Below are positions 8,678-17,207 of a stretch of DNA of 64,000 nucleotides, piece after piece. The translations under genes and the position numbers were made by a program. Below the pieces are notes generated by a model. It had not been told where the DNA came from. It saw nothing but the letters and a program-made list of their open reading frames with translations, and did not search any database. Each line of letters begins with the position of its first letter. Within the stretch, counting starts at the first letter, position 1. The DNA lies in assembly GCA_028285585.1 (NCBI GenBank), contig JANQOU010000004.1, positions 20,267-84,266 of the forward strand, read 5' to 3'. This DNA is from Acidimicrobiia bacterium (lineage in GTDB: Bacteria; Actinomycetota; Acidimicrobiia; Spongiisociales; ZC4RG35).

Positions 8678-9265
8678 TCAGGTCCAGATGTAGGCAACGG
8701 TGCCAGCCAACAGGATGGCAAGCGTCAAACTCACGATCCGCGAGGCGCGTGAGGTTCTGACAAGACGTTTCAACGCACTGCCACCGGCAGCCCACAACAT
8801 TGCCGAAGGCAGCACAACCACCATCATTGTCAGCACCATCAGGGCACTGCCTAAGGCTATTGAGTATTCGGTGGGGCGGAAGGTCGTCAGCGCCGCCAGA
8901 ACGAAGACCCAGGCCTTTGGGTTGGCGAATTGGAAAACGGTCGCTTGTGTCAGGCTGAGCGGGCGCGATGACGAGCGCTCTTGGGTCATCTGACTGCCGG
9001 CCACCTGGAAGGCGAGGAACAGCAGGTAAGCAGAGCCGGCGACTTTCAACGCGATCTCAATCTCAGGAACGGTTGTGACAAGCACACCCAGGCCAGTGGC
9101 CATGGCGACAGCCATTGCTCCGATGCCGGTCGAGGTGCCGATGACATGGGGCAGCGTGGGCAGCAGGCCGAACTGGATACCCGAAGCCGAGAGCATGATG
9201 TTGTTGGGGCCAGGTGTCGCCGCGCTCACCAAGGAGAAGACAGCCAAGCCCGCTATCTCGCTCAT
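8678..9265 (-). CDS. LysE family translocator
   Basis: TPGPNN, GSAYLLFLA and FQFANPKAW motifs. Confidence 0.9.
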   Translation of the reverse strand: MSEIAGLAVFSLVSAATPGPNNIMLSASGIQFGLLPTLPHVIGTSTGIGAMAVAMATGLGVLVTTVPEIEIALKVAGSAYLLFLAFQVAGSQMTQERSSSRPLSLTQATVFQFANPKAWVFVLAALTTFRPTEYSIALGSALMVLTMMVVVLPSAMLWAAGGSALKRLVRTSRASRIVSLTLAILLAGTVAYIWT

Positions 9266-9333
9266 TTGATTCCTCTGACGATCACTCGTCGATCGTATGA
9301 GAGGGGCTGTTTCCCGTCTTGTACGATCTTCGC

Positions 9334-10143
9334 GTGCCTCACTCTTTGGCGTCTGCTCGGGTTCGGGCTTGGAAGCCGGCGGTCCCGGGGATCAGAGAGG
9401 TGTTTCACGCACGTTTCCTCGATCACAGTTACCCGCGCCACACACATGAGACGTGGACGCTGTTCATCGTCGATCAGGGATCGATTAGGTATCGACTTGG
9501 GCGCTCCGATCGCGGTGCTGTCCCATCAATGGTGAGTCTGTTGCCTCCGGGAGTTGCCCACGATGGCCAGGCCGCCACGACACGCGGATTCTCCAAGCGA
9601 GTCGTCTACCTCGAGCCGTCGGTCCTCGGGGATCGGCTCATTGGCCAGGTGATCGACCAGCCCTCGATTGACGACCCCGGACTTCGCTCCAAGGTCTCGG
9701 CGTTGCATCGTCTCCTCGGTGATTCCGAAGATGCCTTGGAGGCTGAGACTCATTTGTCCTTTATCGCCGAAGAGATAAGAAACTGGTTGGGAGAGTCCGA
9801 CCAGGGTTCACCAAGGGATGAGGGCGATGATGTCGCCGAGGCACTCCGAACTTTTCTCGACGATCATCTGTTCGAGTCCGTGACACTTGCTGCCGCTGCC
9901 GACGTGGTCGGGGTGAGCCCAACGCACATGGCGCGTTCGTTCCGAGATGCCTTTGGCATCGCTCCGCACACTTATCGGTTGGGCAGGCGAATCGACTACG
10001 TGCGCCGGTGCCTGTTGGATGGCGAGCCTTTGGCCGCTCTGGCGGTCAGGGCCGGTTTCAGTGATCAGGCGCATCTCACCAAGCACTTCCGACGTCATGT
10101 GGGAACGACACCGGGTCGTTATCGAGCCTCGAATCGCGGTTGA
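9334..10143 (+). CDS. AraC family transcriptional regulator
   Basis: YPRHTHE cupin-like N-domain and GFSDQAHLTKHFRRHVGTTPGRY HTH. GTG 6 nt after TACGAT. Confidence 0.9.
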   Translation: MPHSLASARVRAWKPAVPGIREVFHARFLDHSYPRHTHETWTLFIVDQGSIRYRLGRSDRGAVPSMVSLLPPGVAHDGQAATTRGFSKRVVYLEPSVLGDRLIGQVIDQPSIDDPGLRSKVSALHRLLGDSEDALEAETHLSFIAEEIRNWLGESDQGSPRDEGDDVAEALRTFLDDHLFESVTLAAAADVVGVSPTHMARSFRDAFGIAPHTYRLGRRIDYVRRCLLDGEPLAALAVRAGFSDQAHLTKHFRRHVGTTPGRYRASNRG

Positions 10144-10150
10144 TTCTCCG

Positions 10151-10199
10151 GTTGCTATAGCAAGGAGTCGCGCTGAGCGACACGCGTTGCTATAGCAAG
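10151..10199. repeat. 49-bp REP-like palindromic element (right, inverted copy)
   Basis: GTTGCTATAGCAAG-GAGTCGCGCTGAGCGACACGC-GTTGCTATAGCAAG. Confidence 0.9.
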
Positions 10200-10203
10200 G
10201 AGG

Positions 10204-10578
10204 TCAGTGGACGCTCTCGGGCTTGTTCACGACCTCTTCGGCGTTGTGTCTCGGCAGGAACCGCTCCACCGGCCCCTTGAGCTCCTCCGGCAGTCGATGC
10301 ACGTTGTTGGCGAAGGCTTCCTCCTGCTCCTCGAACCCGTCCAGCTCCTTGCGGCGATGGACGAAGTGAGGGAGCCACGAGTGGCCGATCATCAGCAGCC
10401 CGGCGAGAGTGAGCACAACTCCGGCCACTACCGAGCCTCCGGGCACGGCGAGGTCGGCCTCGACGCAGAAGTTGATGGCCCCGTCGAGGCCAATGAACAG
10501 GTAGGTGCAGTCGAGCAGGATCACACCGACTGTCCCAACCAACACGCCAGCAGCGGCGGTCAACAATCTCCAGAGCAT
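10204..10578 (-). CDS. Hypothetical 2-TM membrane protein
   Basis: Two hydrophobic segments and a charged C-tail. Fills the gap between araC and the dehydratase gene. Confidence 0.55.
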   Translation of the reverse strand: MLWRLLTAAAGVLVGTVGVILLDCTYLFIGLDGAINFCVEADLAVPGGSVVAGVVLTLAGLLMIGHSWLPHFVHRRKELDGFEEQEEAFANNVHRLPEELKGPVERFLPRHNAEEVVNKPESVH

Positions 10579-10687
10579 TTACGACCTTTCGCCGCCAACA
10601 ATCTCGAACGCTTCAGCGTTTTCTTCGGCCGGTGGTCGACCTGCCTTGAGAGAGCTTGATGAATGGAGAAGCCGTACCCTCACGGCG

Positions 10688-11611
10688 ATGAGCTTCGAGA
10701 TCACACGTGAGCAGATCGAGAGCGCTGCCATGCGGGTAGAGCCCTACATCCTGCGCACCCCGGTGATTCAAATCGGTGACGCCCTCGGCATGGGCTTCGA
10801 TCTCAGCCTGAAGCTCGATCAGACACAGCCCACAGGGTCGTTCAAGGTCCGTGGCGCCTTTGCGCTGCTCACCGAGGTCCCTTCGGGTACAGCCGTGGCG
10901 GCGGCATCGGGTGGCAACTTCGGAGCGGCAGTTGCCTTTGCGGCTTCGAGGCTCGGGCTTGACGCGACCGTCTTCGTGCCGGGCAACTCTCCTGAGGAGA
11001 AGACGAACAGGATCCGGTCGTACGGTGCTGACGTGCAGGAGATCCCCGGCTATTACGACGAGGCCCTGGAGGCGTGCACTCACTTCGTGGAGGAGTCAGG
11101 GGCGTTCATGGCACATGCCTTCGATCAACCGGACGTGGTCGCCGGCCAGGGCTCCTGTGCTCGCGAGATCGGCGATCAGCTCCCTGGGACAGACTCAGTA
11201 GTCGTGGCTGTGGGTGGCGGTGGGCTCATCGGTGGGATCGCGAGCTGGTTCCGGGACGACGCAAAGGTCATCGCCGCCGAGCCCGAGCTTTGCCCCAGCT
11301 TCAACGCTGCGGTCGAGGCGGGCCATCCGGTGACGGTTGACGTAGGCGGAATCGCTTCGTCAAGCCTCGGAGCCCGTCAGATAGGGGAGCACAGTTGGCA
11401 TGCTTCCCGATGGGTTGATGTGTCGGTGTTGGTGTCGGAGGAAGCCATCGTCGAGGCTCAACACTGGCTGTGGAGTGAGTTGCGTCTCGCTGTGGAACCA
11501 TCGGCGGCCACCACTATCGCCGCCCTCGCCTCTGGTGCCTATCAGCCCGAGGCGGGGGAGCAGGTTGTGGCTCTTCTCTCCGGAGCCAACTTCGACCCCT
11601 CGTCACTCTGA
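10688..11611 (+). CDS. PLP-dependent threonine/serine dehydratase
   Basis: TGSFKVRGA, SGGNFG, VGGGGL and EPSAA motifs. Confidence 0.9.
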   Translation: MSFEITREQIESAAMRVEPYILRTPVIQIGDALGMGFDLSLKLDQTQPTGSFKVRGAFALLTEVPSGTAVAAASGGNFGAAVAFAASRLGLDATVFVPGNSPEEKTNRIRSYGADVQEIPGYYDEALEACTHFVEESGAFMAHAFDQPDVVAGQGSCAREIGDQLPGTDSVVVAVGGGGLIGGIASWFRDDAKVIAAEPELCPSFNAAVEAGHPVTVDVGGIASSSLGARQIGEHSWHASRWVDVSVLVSEEAIVEAQHWLWSELRLAVEPSAATTIAALASGAYQPEAGEQVVALLSGANFDPSSL

Positions 11612-11653
11612 GTCCTTGGGACGGCTACCAGTAGCCGCTTTACTCAGCGTCCC

Positions 11654-12547
11654 GTGATCCAGATGCTTCGAACGATTGTCGGCGGCTTCCTGATGGGCAC
11701 GGCCGATCTTGTCCCCGGCGTTTCCGGCGGCACCATCGCCTTGGTCTTAGGCATCTACGAGCGGCTGGTGGCCTCGATCAAGGAGGGCAGCTCGGCTCTC
11801 GGCTACCTCGCTCGCTTCAGATGGGACAAAGCGAGCGAGCATCTGCGAAGAGTGGAGTGGGTCTTTCTCATCCCACTGCTGGTTGGGATCCTTCTGGCCG
11901 TCGTGACTCTCGCCGGCATTCTCGACCATCAGCTCGAGGAGAGGCCGACGCTTCTCGCCGGGCTCTTCCTTGGCCTTGTGGTCGGATCGGTGGTCATCGC
12001 GTGGAGCCGGATCGGCAGACGTGATTCGAGCAAGGTCGTTATCGCTGTTCTCGTGGCGGTTGCATTGTTCTTGCTCCTTGGGTTGGGCGAAGGGCAGGCG
12101 AGTGCCGAGCCGACTGTTCTCGCCTTTGTTGGCGCCGGGGCTTTGGCCATATGCGCCATGATCCTTCCCGGGATATCCGGGTCGCTGATTCTTCTGATGC
12201 TTGGGATGTACGCCCCGGCGCTCAGCGCGGTGAGGGATCGAGATCTAGTCACCATTGCTGCGCTCGCGTTGGGTGCCATTGTCGGGCTGGCTCTCTTCTC
12301 GCAAGTCCTCAACTGGGCGCTCAGAAACCACCACGATCCGGTGCTTGCCGCTCTGGTTGGACTCATGGCCGGTTCGACACGCGTGCTGTGGCCATGGCCG
12401 GATGGGGTGTTCAGCGCCGAGATCGGTGCTCCAGGTGAGGATTGGCTGGGCGTGCTGGTAGTCGTGATCCTTGGCGGGGTCGCCGTCTACTTGGTGTCGC
12501 GGCTTGCCGGCGAGAGAGCGACAGTCAGCGAGCCACAGTCTTCCTAG
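11654..12547 (+). CDS. DUF368 family membrane protein (putative undecaprenyl-phosphate translocase)
   Basis: Repeated GTADLVPGVSGGT / AMILPGISGS motifs. Confidence 0.9.
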   Translation: MIQMLRTIVGGFLMGTADLVPGVSGGTIALVLGIYERLVASIKEGSSALGYLARFRWDKASEHLRRVEWVFLIPLLVGILLAVVTLAGILDHQLEERPTLLAGLFLGLVVGSVVIAWSRIGRRDSSKVVIAVLVAVALFLLLGLGEGQASAEPTVLAFVGAGALAICAMILPGISGSLILLMLGMYAPALSAVRDRDLVTIAALALGAIVGLALFSQVLNWALRNHHDPVLAALVGLMAGSTRVLWPWPDGVFSAEIGAPGEDWLGVLVVVILGGVAVYLVSRLAGERATVSEPQSS

Positions 12548-13523
12548 TTTTGGGTCGGAGGTGGTGGTCGAGTTTCTCCCAAATCTCGGGTTGAGCCAGC
12601 GTGCGTTTCATAGTGGTCAGAGTTCTCATGAAGGTCGGCACAGACCGCGCCGCGTCGAGTGGGTTGGGCCGTGATGCGTTCTGAACACTCGGAGAGGGGC
12701 GAAGCACGACAACGTCGCAATCGGGCCACTGTGACCGGATCATCTCGACCTCGTCCTTGAGCGATTTCGAGCCGACACGGTCGAACACCTTCTCGTGGAT
12801 GCGGGCCCGCTTCCGGGAGGTCTCTGCTGCCAAGGGAGCGATAACGAGTACCAGATCGAGCCGGTCGGAGCCCAGGACCAAGTCGGCGTGGGTCCCCGAA
12901 GACACACCACCGTCCACGTAGAGATTCCCATCGATCTGATACGGGCGGAACACGAGAGGAACGGCCGAGGAGGCAGCAACCGCGTCCGCCAGCCCGACAG
13001 ATGGTGCTGCCTCTGTGCCGAATGCAGTTCGACTGCCCGAGATGATGTCATGGGCGACGATCGCTGTTGACCGTTGTGGCCAACTGGAAGCTGCGTCCGT
13101 GCCGACGTGGCTCGTAACCCAGTCAGCGATGCCCCGAGCGTGATACGGAGCCGGCGAGCCCATGAAGAGGGTGAGCCCAGGTCTTCTCACACCCGGGACC
13201 AGCCCATGACGGAGCCATCGGGAGAGACTTCCCGAGGGGCCCTTGACGTATACGTGTCGACGGATTCTCTCTGTGACATCCGCCTTGCTGTCAGTTGGCC
13301 TGACCAGGGAGTCGAGAGTCAAAGCGTCGCTCCTGGCCAGAGCCGTGACGAAAGCCCCCGAAGATGTGCCGACCATCACATCGGCCTCGTTGGCGTTCCA
13401 GCCGGTTGCAAGCTCGAGTGCCATCAAAGCTGCCATCTCGTAGGCGGCACCGGTGATGCCTCCGCCACCGAGGACGACGCCTACTCTGCTCCCAGACGGC
13501 CGACCGGGTCGAGGACTGTCCAC
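12525..13523 (-). CDS. Patatin-like phospholipase
   Basis: LGGGG, GTSSG and DGG motifs. Confidence 0.85.
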   Translation of the reverse strand: MDSPRPGRPSGSRVGVVLGGGGITGAAYEMAALMALELATGWNANEADVMVGTSSGAFVTALARSDALTLDSLVRPTDSKADVTERIRRHVYVKGPSGSLSRWLRHGLVPGVRRPGLTLFMGSPAPYHARGIADWVTSHVGTDAASSWPQRSTAIVAHDIISGSRTAFGTEAAPSVGLADAVAASSAVPLVFRPYQIDGNLYVDGGVSSGTHADLVLGSDRLDLVLVIAPLAAETSRKRARIHEKVFDRVGSKSLKDEVEMIRSQWPDCDVVVLRPSPSVQNASRPNPLDAARSVPTFMRTLTTMKRTLAQPEIWEKLDHHLRPKTRKTVAR

Positions 13524-13580
13524 TCAGGACACCATAGGTCGACGACCTTGCCTAGAAGCCTGGCCGGCAGCTTGTGAGAG

Positions 13581-13790
13581 TCAGCCGAACACGCGGCCGC
13601 AGCCGTTGCAGCGGGCGTCGCGCTCGTCGGTGGGCGCGTAACACCAGGGACACGGGAGGTCGTCTCCTCGCTCGCCTCGTGATGCCATCACAAGACCTGG
13701 GTCTACACGGAACTTCTCACCGCCGCGGACCCCCTTGGCGAGTGCGAACAGTCCCGTGGTCGCCGTAGCCAATACAAAAGCTTCTAGCAC
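13581..13790 (-). CDS. Small (69 aa) protein with hydrophobic N-terminus and C-terminal Zn ribbon
   Basis: SD AAGGAG before GTG at 13790. CPWC-x10-CNGCG. Confidence 0.6.
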   Translation of the reverse strand: MLEAFVLATATTGLFALAKGVRGGEKFRVDPGLVMASRGERGDDLPCPWCYAPTDERDARCNGCGRVFG

Positions 13791-13861
13791 TGTCCGTTCT
13801 CCTTGCCTGAGCGAAGGAGAAGCTAAAACGCGGCGACGTCGATTCCGCGGATTTACGCAGG

Positions 13862-14692
13862 TCAGGTGCCGAGTACTGCCTCGGTCAGGTCCGCTACGAG
13901 GTAGGAGAGGTCTCCGAGGCGGCCGTCTCGAACCTCCGCCGCATCCAGCATCATCATCGCCGAGTGGTACCCGACCCACGACCGGTAGCGGGACTCCGGC
14001 AGCTCGGCCGAGTAACCCTTGCGGAAGGCAGCAGCTGCGTCCTCACCGTGAACCTTTGCAAACTGCCACACAGCCAACGTGAGGTCCCATTCCGGGGGGC
14101 CGAGAGTGGCCCACTCCCAATCGGTGAGAGTCACCGCACCTTCCTCGTCGACCACGAACTTGTTTGGGGTAGGGCGGGTATGTGATGGGACGGGCTCGGT
14201 CGCAAGCGGTGGATCGACATCGAGAGCCTTGTTGAGCACGGCCTGATCGAGGTCGAACCGGCGGCGGTAGCGGGCGAGACGTTCAATGGTCGAGCGGTAG
14301 TGGCTCAAGACGTAGTCGGCGTCGATTCCCACGGACAAGTTGGTGATGTTGGCAGTGGCGTTGTGAACGTTGCGCAGTGTCGCTCCGGCAGACTCGATCA
14401 TCTCGAGGTTCTTGGGCAGGTTGGACAGGTTCCAAGAGCCACCGTCGGTCATTTTCAACCACGCAACGTCAGCGGATGTGCCGTTGTTCTGGATTCTGGG
14501 GACGCCGGGCACACCCGCCAGTGCCTCGAGGGCATGTCTTTCCCGTCGTTCCCGTGACGGCACCGGGTAGACCTTGATGATTGAAGTGTTGGCCTCGGTC
14601 TCATGGACGCGGAACACCTTGTTGGCACCCGCAGCCAGCTCACGTATCCGCGCGCTCGGATAGAGCCCTTCGACCAATCCCCTTGCGTCCAT
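13862..14692 (-). CDS. APH/choline kinase-fold protein with degenerate catalytic loop
   Basis: GANKVF, IIK, RERHAL, VPRI and DWEWATLGPPEWDL. HTRPTPNK replaces HGDxxxxN. Confidence 0.75.
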   Translation of the reverse strand: MDARGLVEGLYPSARIRELAAGANKVFRVHETEANTSIIKVYPVPSRERRERHALEALAGVPGVPRIQNNGTSADVAWLKMTDGGSWNLSNLPKNLEMIESAGATLRNVHNATANITNLSVGIDADYVLSHYRSTIERLARYRRRFDLDQAVLNKALDVDPPLATEPVPSHTRPTPNKFVVDEEGAVTLTDWEWATLGPPEWDLTLAVWQFAKVHGEDAAAAFRKGYSAELPESRYRSWVGYHSAMMMLDAAEVRDGRLGDLSYLVADLTEAVLGT

Positions 14693-14767
14693 TCCCTCGA
14701 TACCCCTTGAAACATAAGGCGGCGAATACCAGCTGCCACCGAATTACTCTCCCGTCCAGGCTAGCGA

Positions 14768-16711
14768 GTGATTGGCGTGGCGATAGATCTGGAATATCCC
14801 GACAAAAAAGTGGTGTCGCACCCTGAAGGGGTCACCGGTGCCGAGGTCGCGGCGTCGATCGGGCCTGGTCTCGCCAAAGCAGCCGTCGCCGTGAAGCTGA
14901 ATGGCGAGTTGTACGACCTCGGGCACCCCATCACGGAGAGTGGTGAGTTCGCGGTGGTCACACTCGAGTCCGCCGACGGCCTGCACATCCTTCGGCACTC
15001 ATCCGCGCATGTGCTGGCCCAGGCGGTGCTGGACATCTACCCCGGAGCCACGTTTGCCATCGGCCCGGCGATCGAGGATGGCTTCTACTACGACTTTGAG
15101 GTGTCGGAGCCTTTTCAACCTGAGGATCTCGAGCGAATCGAGGTCCGAATGCAGGAGATCATCGCCGCCGACCAGAGCTTCGAGAGAGTCGCCATGACTC
15201 AGGGTGAGGCCCTCGATGTCTTCGCTGACCACAAGTTCAAGCTGGAGATCATCGAGAACGTCGACCCCTCCGAGATGGCGGGCTCCGAAGAGGTGACCGC
15301 CTACAAGAACGACGGCTTCATCGACCTTTGCCGAGGTCCTCATCTGCCGTCGACAAGGCGGATCCCGGCGGTGAAGCTGCTGCGCAGCTCAGGCGCGTAT
15401 TGGCGCGGCGACCAGGACCGAGAGCAACTGCAACGTATCTACGGGACGGCATGGCCTTCGAAGGGCGAGCTCGAGTCCTATCTGACCCGATTGGAGGAAG
15501 CCGAGAAACGCGATCACCGGAAGCTGGGGCCGGAGCTGGACCTGTACAGCTGGCCTGACCAGCTGGGCTCGGGGCTTGCCGTTTGGCATCCCAAGGGCGG
15601 ACGATTGCGGAAGATCATCGAGGATCACAGTCGCGCGGTCCACGAGCAGTTCGGCTTCGACTTCGTTTTCACCCCTCACATTGGCAAGTCGGACCTCTGG
15701 TGGACTTCGGGGCACCTCGAGTACTACGCGGAGAACATGTATGCGGGGATGCAGCATGAAGGTGATCCGGAGTATCGGGTCAAGCCGATGAATTGCCCGT
15801 TCCACGTGCTCATCTATGGGAGCAAGGGGCGGTCCTACCGGGAGCTTCCAATGCGACTGGGTGAGCTTGGCGGCGTCTACCGCTACGAGCAGTCGGGAGT
15901 GATTCACGGCTTGCTGCGCGCCCGCGGATTCACCCAGGACGACTCGCACACGTTTTGCACCGAGGATCAGATTCAGGACGAGTTGGTGCTCCACCTCGAC
16001 TTCGTGCTGAAGTGGCTCCGGGACTTCGGGTTCGACGAGTTCGAGGCCGATCTGAGCACCCGCCCTGAGAAGGCGATCGGCGATCCGCATCGATGGGAGG
16101 TCACCGAGAAGGCGCTGGCGGAGGCGCTCGAAACTCGGTCGGTGCCCTATCAAGTGGCCGACGGTGAGGGGGCGTTCTACGGGCCCAAGATCGACGTCCA
16201 CATCAAGGATGCCATTGGGAGGCGCTGGCAGTGCTCCACCATCCAACTCGACTTCAGCCTGCCGGAGAGGTTCGAGCTGGAGTACGTGACCTCCGACAAC
16301 GCGGCCGAGCGTCCCTACATGATCCACTGTGCCAAAGCCGGGTCGATTGAGAGGTTCGCCGGGATCCTCGTAGAGCACTACGCAGGTGCCTTCCCGATGT
16401 GGCTTGCTCCGGAGCAGGTCTCGATTGTCCCGGTGGCCGACCGTCACGACGAGTACGCCAAATCAGTCAGGGAGCGGCTCAGCGACGCCGGGCTTCGTGC
16501 CCATGTCGACCTGTCGACTGAGACCGTTGGCGACAAAATCCGGCGTGCGTTGACCCAAAAGCACCCGGCGGTGATCGTTGTTGGTGATGACGACGTGGAG
16601 AACGGGACCGTGGGCCTGCGTCTCTACGGTGAAGACAGGGACACCAGGGGAGTCCCGTTGCCGGAGGCAACCAACCAACTGGTTGACTTGGCGAGGCGTC
16701 CGGCGCAATGA
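14768..16711 (+). CDS. thrS: Threonyl-tRNA synthetase
   Basis: TGS domain, HSSAH, DLCRGPH, KPMNCP and GAFYGPKID. Confidence 0.97.
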   Translation: MIGVAIDLEYPDKKVVSHPEGVTGAEVAASIGPGLAKAAVAVKLNGELYDLGHPITESGEFAVVTLESADGLHILRHSSAHVLAQAVLDIYPGATFAIGPAIEDGFYYDFEVSEPFQPEDLERIEVRMQEIIAADQSFERVAMTQGEALDVFADHKFKLEIIENVDPSEMAGSEEVTAYKNDGFIDLCRGPHLPSTRRIPAVKLLRSSGAYWRGDQDREQLQRIYGTAWPSKGELESYLTRLEEAEKRDHRKLGPELDLYSWPDQLGSGLAVWHPKGGRLRKIIEDHSRAVHEQFGFDFVFTPHIGKSDLWWTSGHLEYYAENMYAGMQHEGDPEYRVKPMNCPFHVLIYGSKGRSYRELPMRLGELGGVYRYEQSGVIHGLLRARGFTQDDSHTFCTEDQIQDELVLHLDFVLKWLRDFGFDEFEADLSTRPEKAIGDPHRWEVTEKALAEALETRSVPYQVADGEGAFYGPKIDVHIKDAIGRRWQCSTIQLDFSLPERFELEYVTSDNAAERPYMIHCAKAGSIERFAGILVEHYAGAFPMWLAPEQVSIVPVADRHDEYAKSVRERLSDAGLRAHVDLSTETVGDKIRRALTQKHPAVIVVGDDDVENGTVGLRLYGEDRDTRGVPLPEATNQLVDLARRPAQ

Positions 16712-17193
16712 GCGATCAAGAGCGGAGGATCGACAGAGAGGGGATCCACATCGATCGCGATCTTGCCGATGAGATCGCCATCGAGGAGGAGCTCGACGCC
16801 AACGTCGTCGGCGCTTACCTTTTTCCGTCGCCGGCCCGACGTCGGATCGCAGCTTGGGTGCTGGTGGCGGCGGGTGTGATCGCGTTTCTCACGATCCCGG
16901 GCGGTTGGCCGGTGTCAATGGGGTTTCTCGGCTTGGCCGCATGGCAGTTTCTCTCTGCCTGGCCGTTGAACGTGGATGAGAACGAAGCGATGACGTTGGC
17001 CGGATCGGCCGTCGGATTCGCGGTGGGGCACGCATCGGCTGCGGTCCGGTTCCACGGTTTGCGGTCGCGGCCCCGGTGGGCGGTACTCGTCTATGCGGCC
17101 ACGGAGCCACCTGATCAGCGTGCTCTGGTGGTGGTGGATGCAGTCAGCGGTGAGACCGGCGACGTCTATGTGGAGGACATCGAGCCGGTCTGA
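16708..17193 (+). CDS. Hypothetical membrane protein with PepSY-like C-terminus
   Basis: ATGA coupling to thrS, two TM segments, W-x-V...VVVDAVSGE. Confidence 0.65.
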   Translation: MSDQERRIDREGIHIDRDLADEIAIEEELDANVVGAYLFPSPARRRIAAWVLVAAGVIAFLTIPGGWPVSMGFLGLAAWQFLSAWPLNVDENEAMTLAGSAVGFAVGHASAAVRFHGLRSRPRWAVLVYAATEPPDQRALVVVDAVSGETGDVYVEDIEPV

Positions 17194-17207
17194 CGGTCTC
17201 TCGCCGG

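Noticed and set aside
8626-10199. Palindromic repeats as a CRISPR array or integron attC sites
   Set aside because: Only two inverted units, no spacer series or cas genes. They lack the RYYYAAC...GTTRRRY arrangement, and there is no integrase.
15389-16447. Long antisense ORFs over housekeeping genes (also 17577-18731, 24312-25400, 34198-35445, 45535-46629)
   Set aside because: Typical high-GC shadow ORFs opposite well-conserved genes, with no recognisable motifs.
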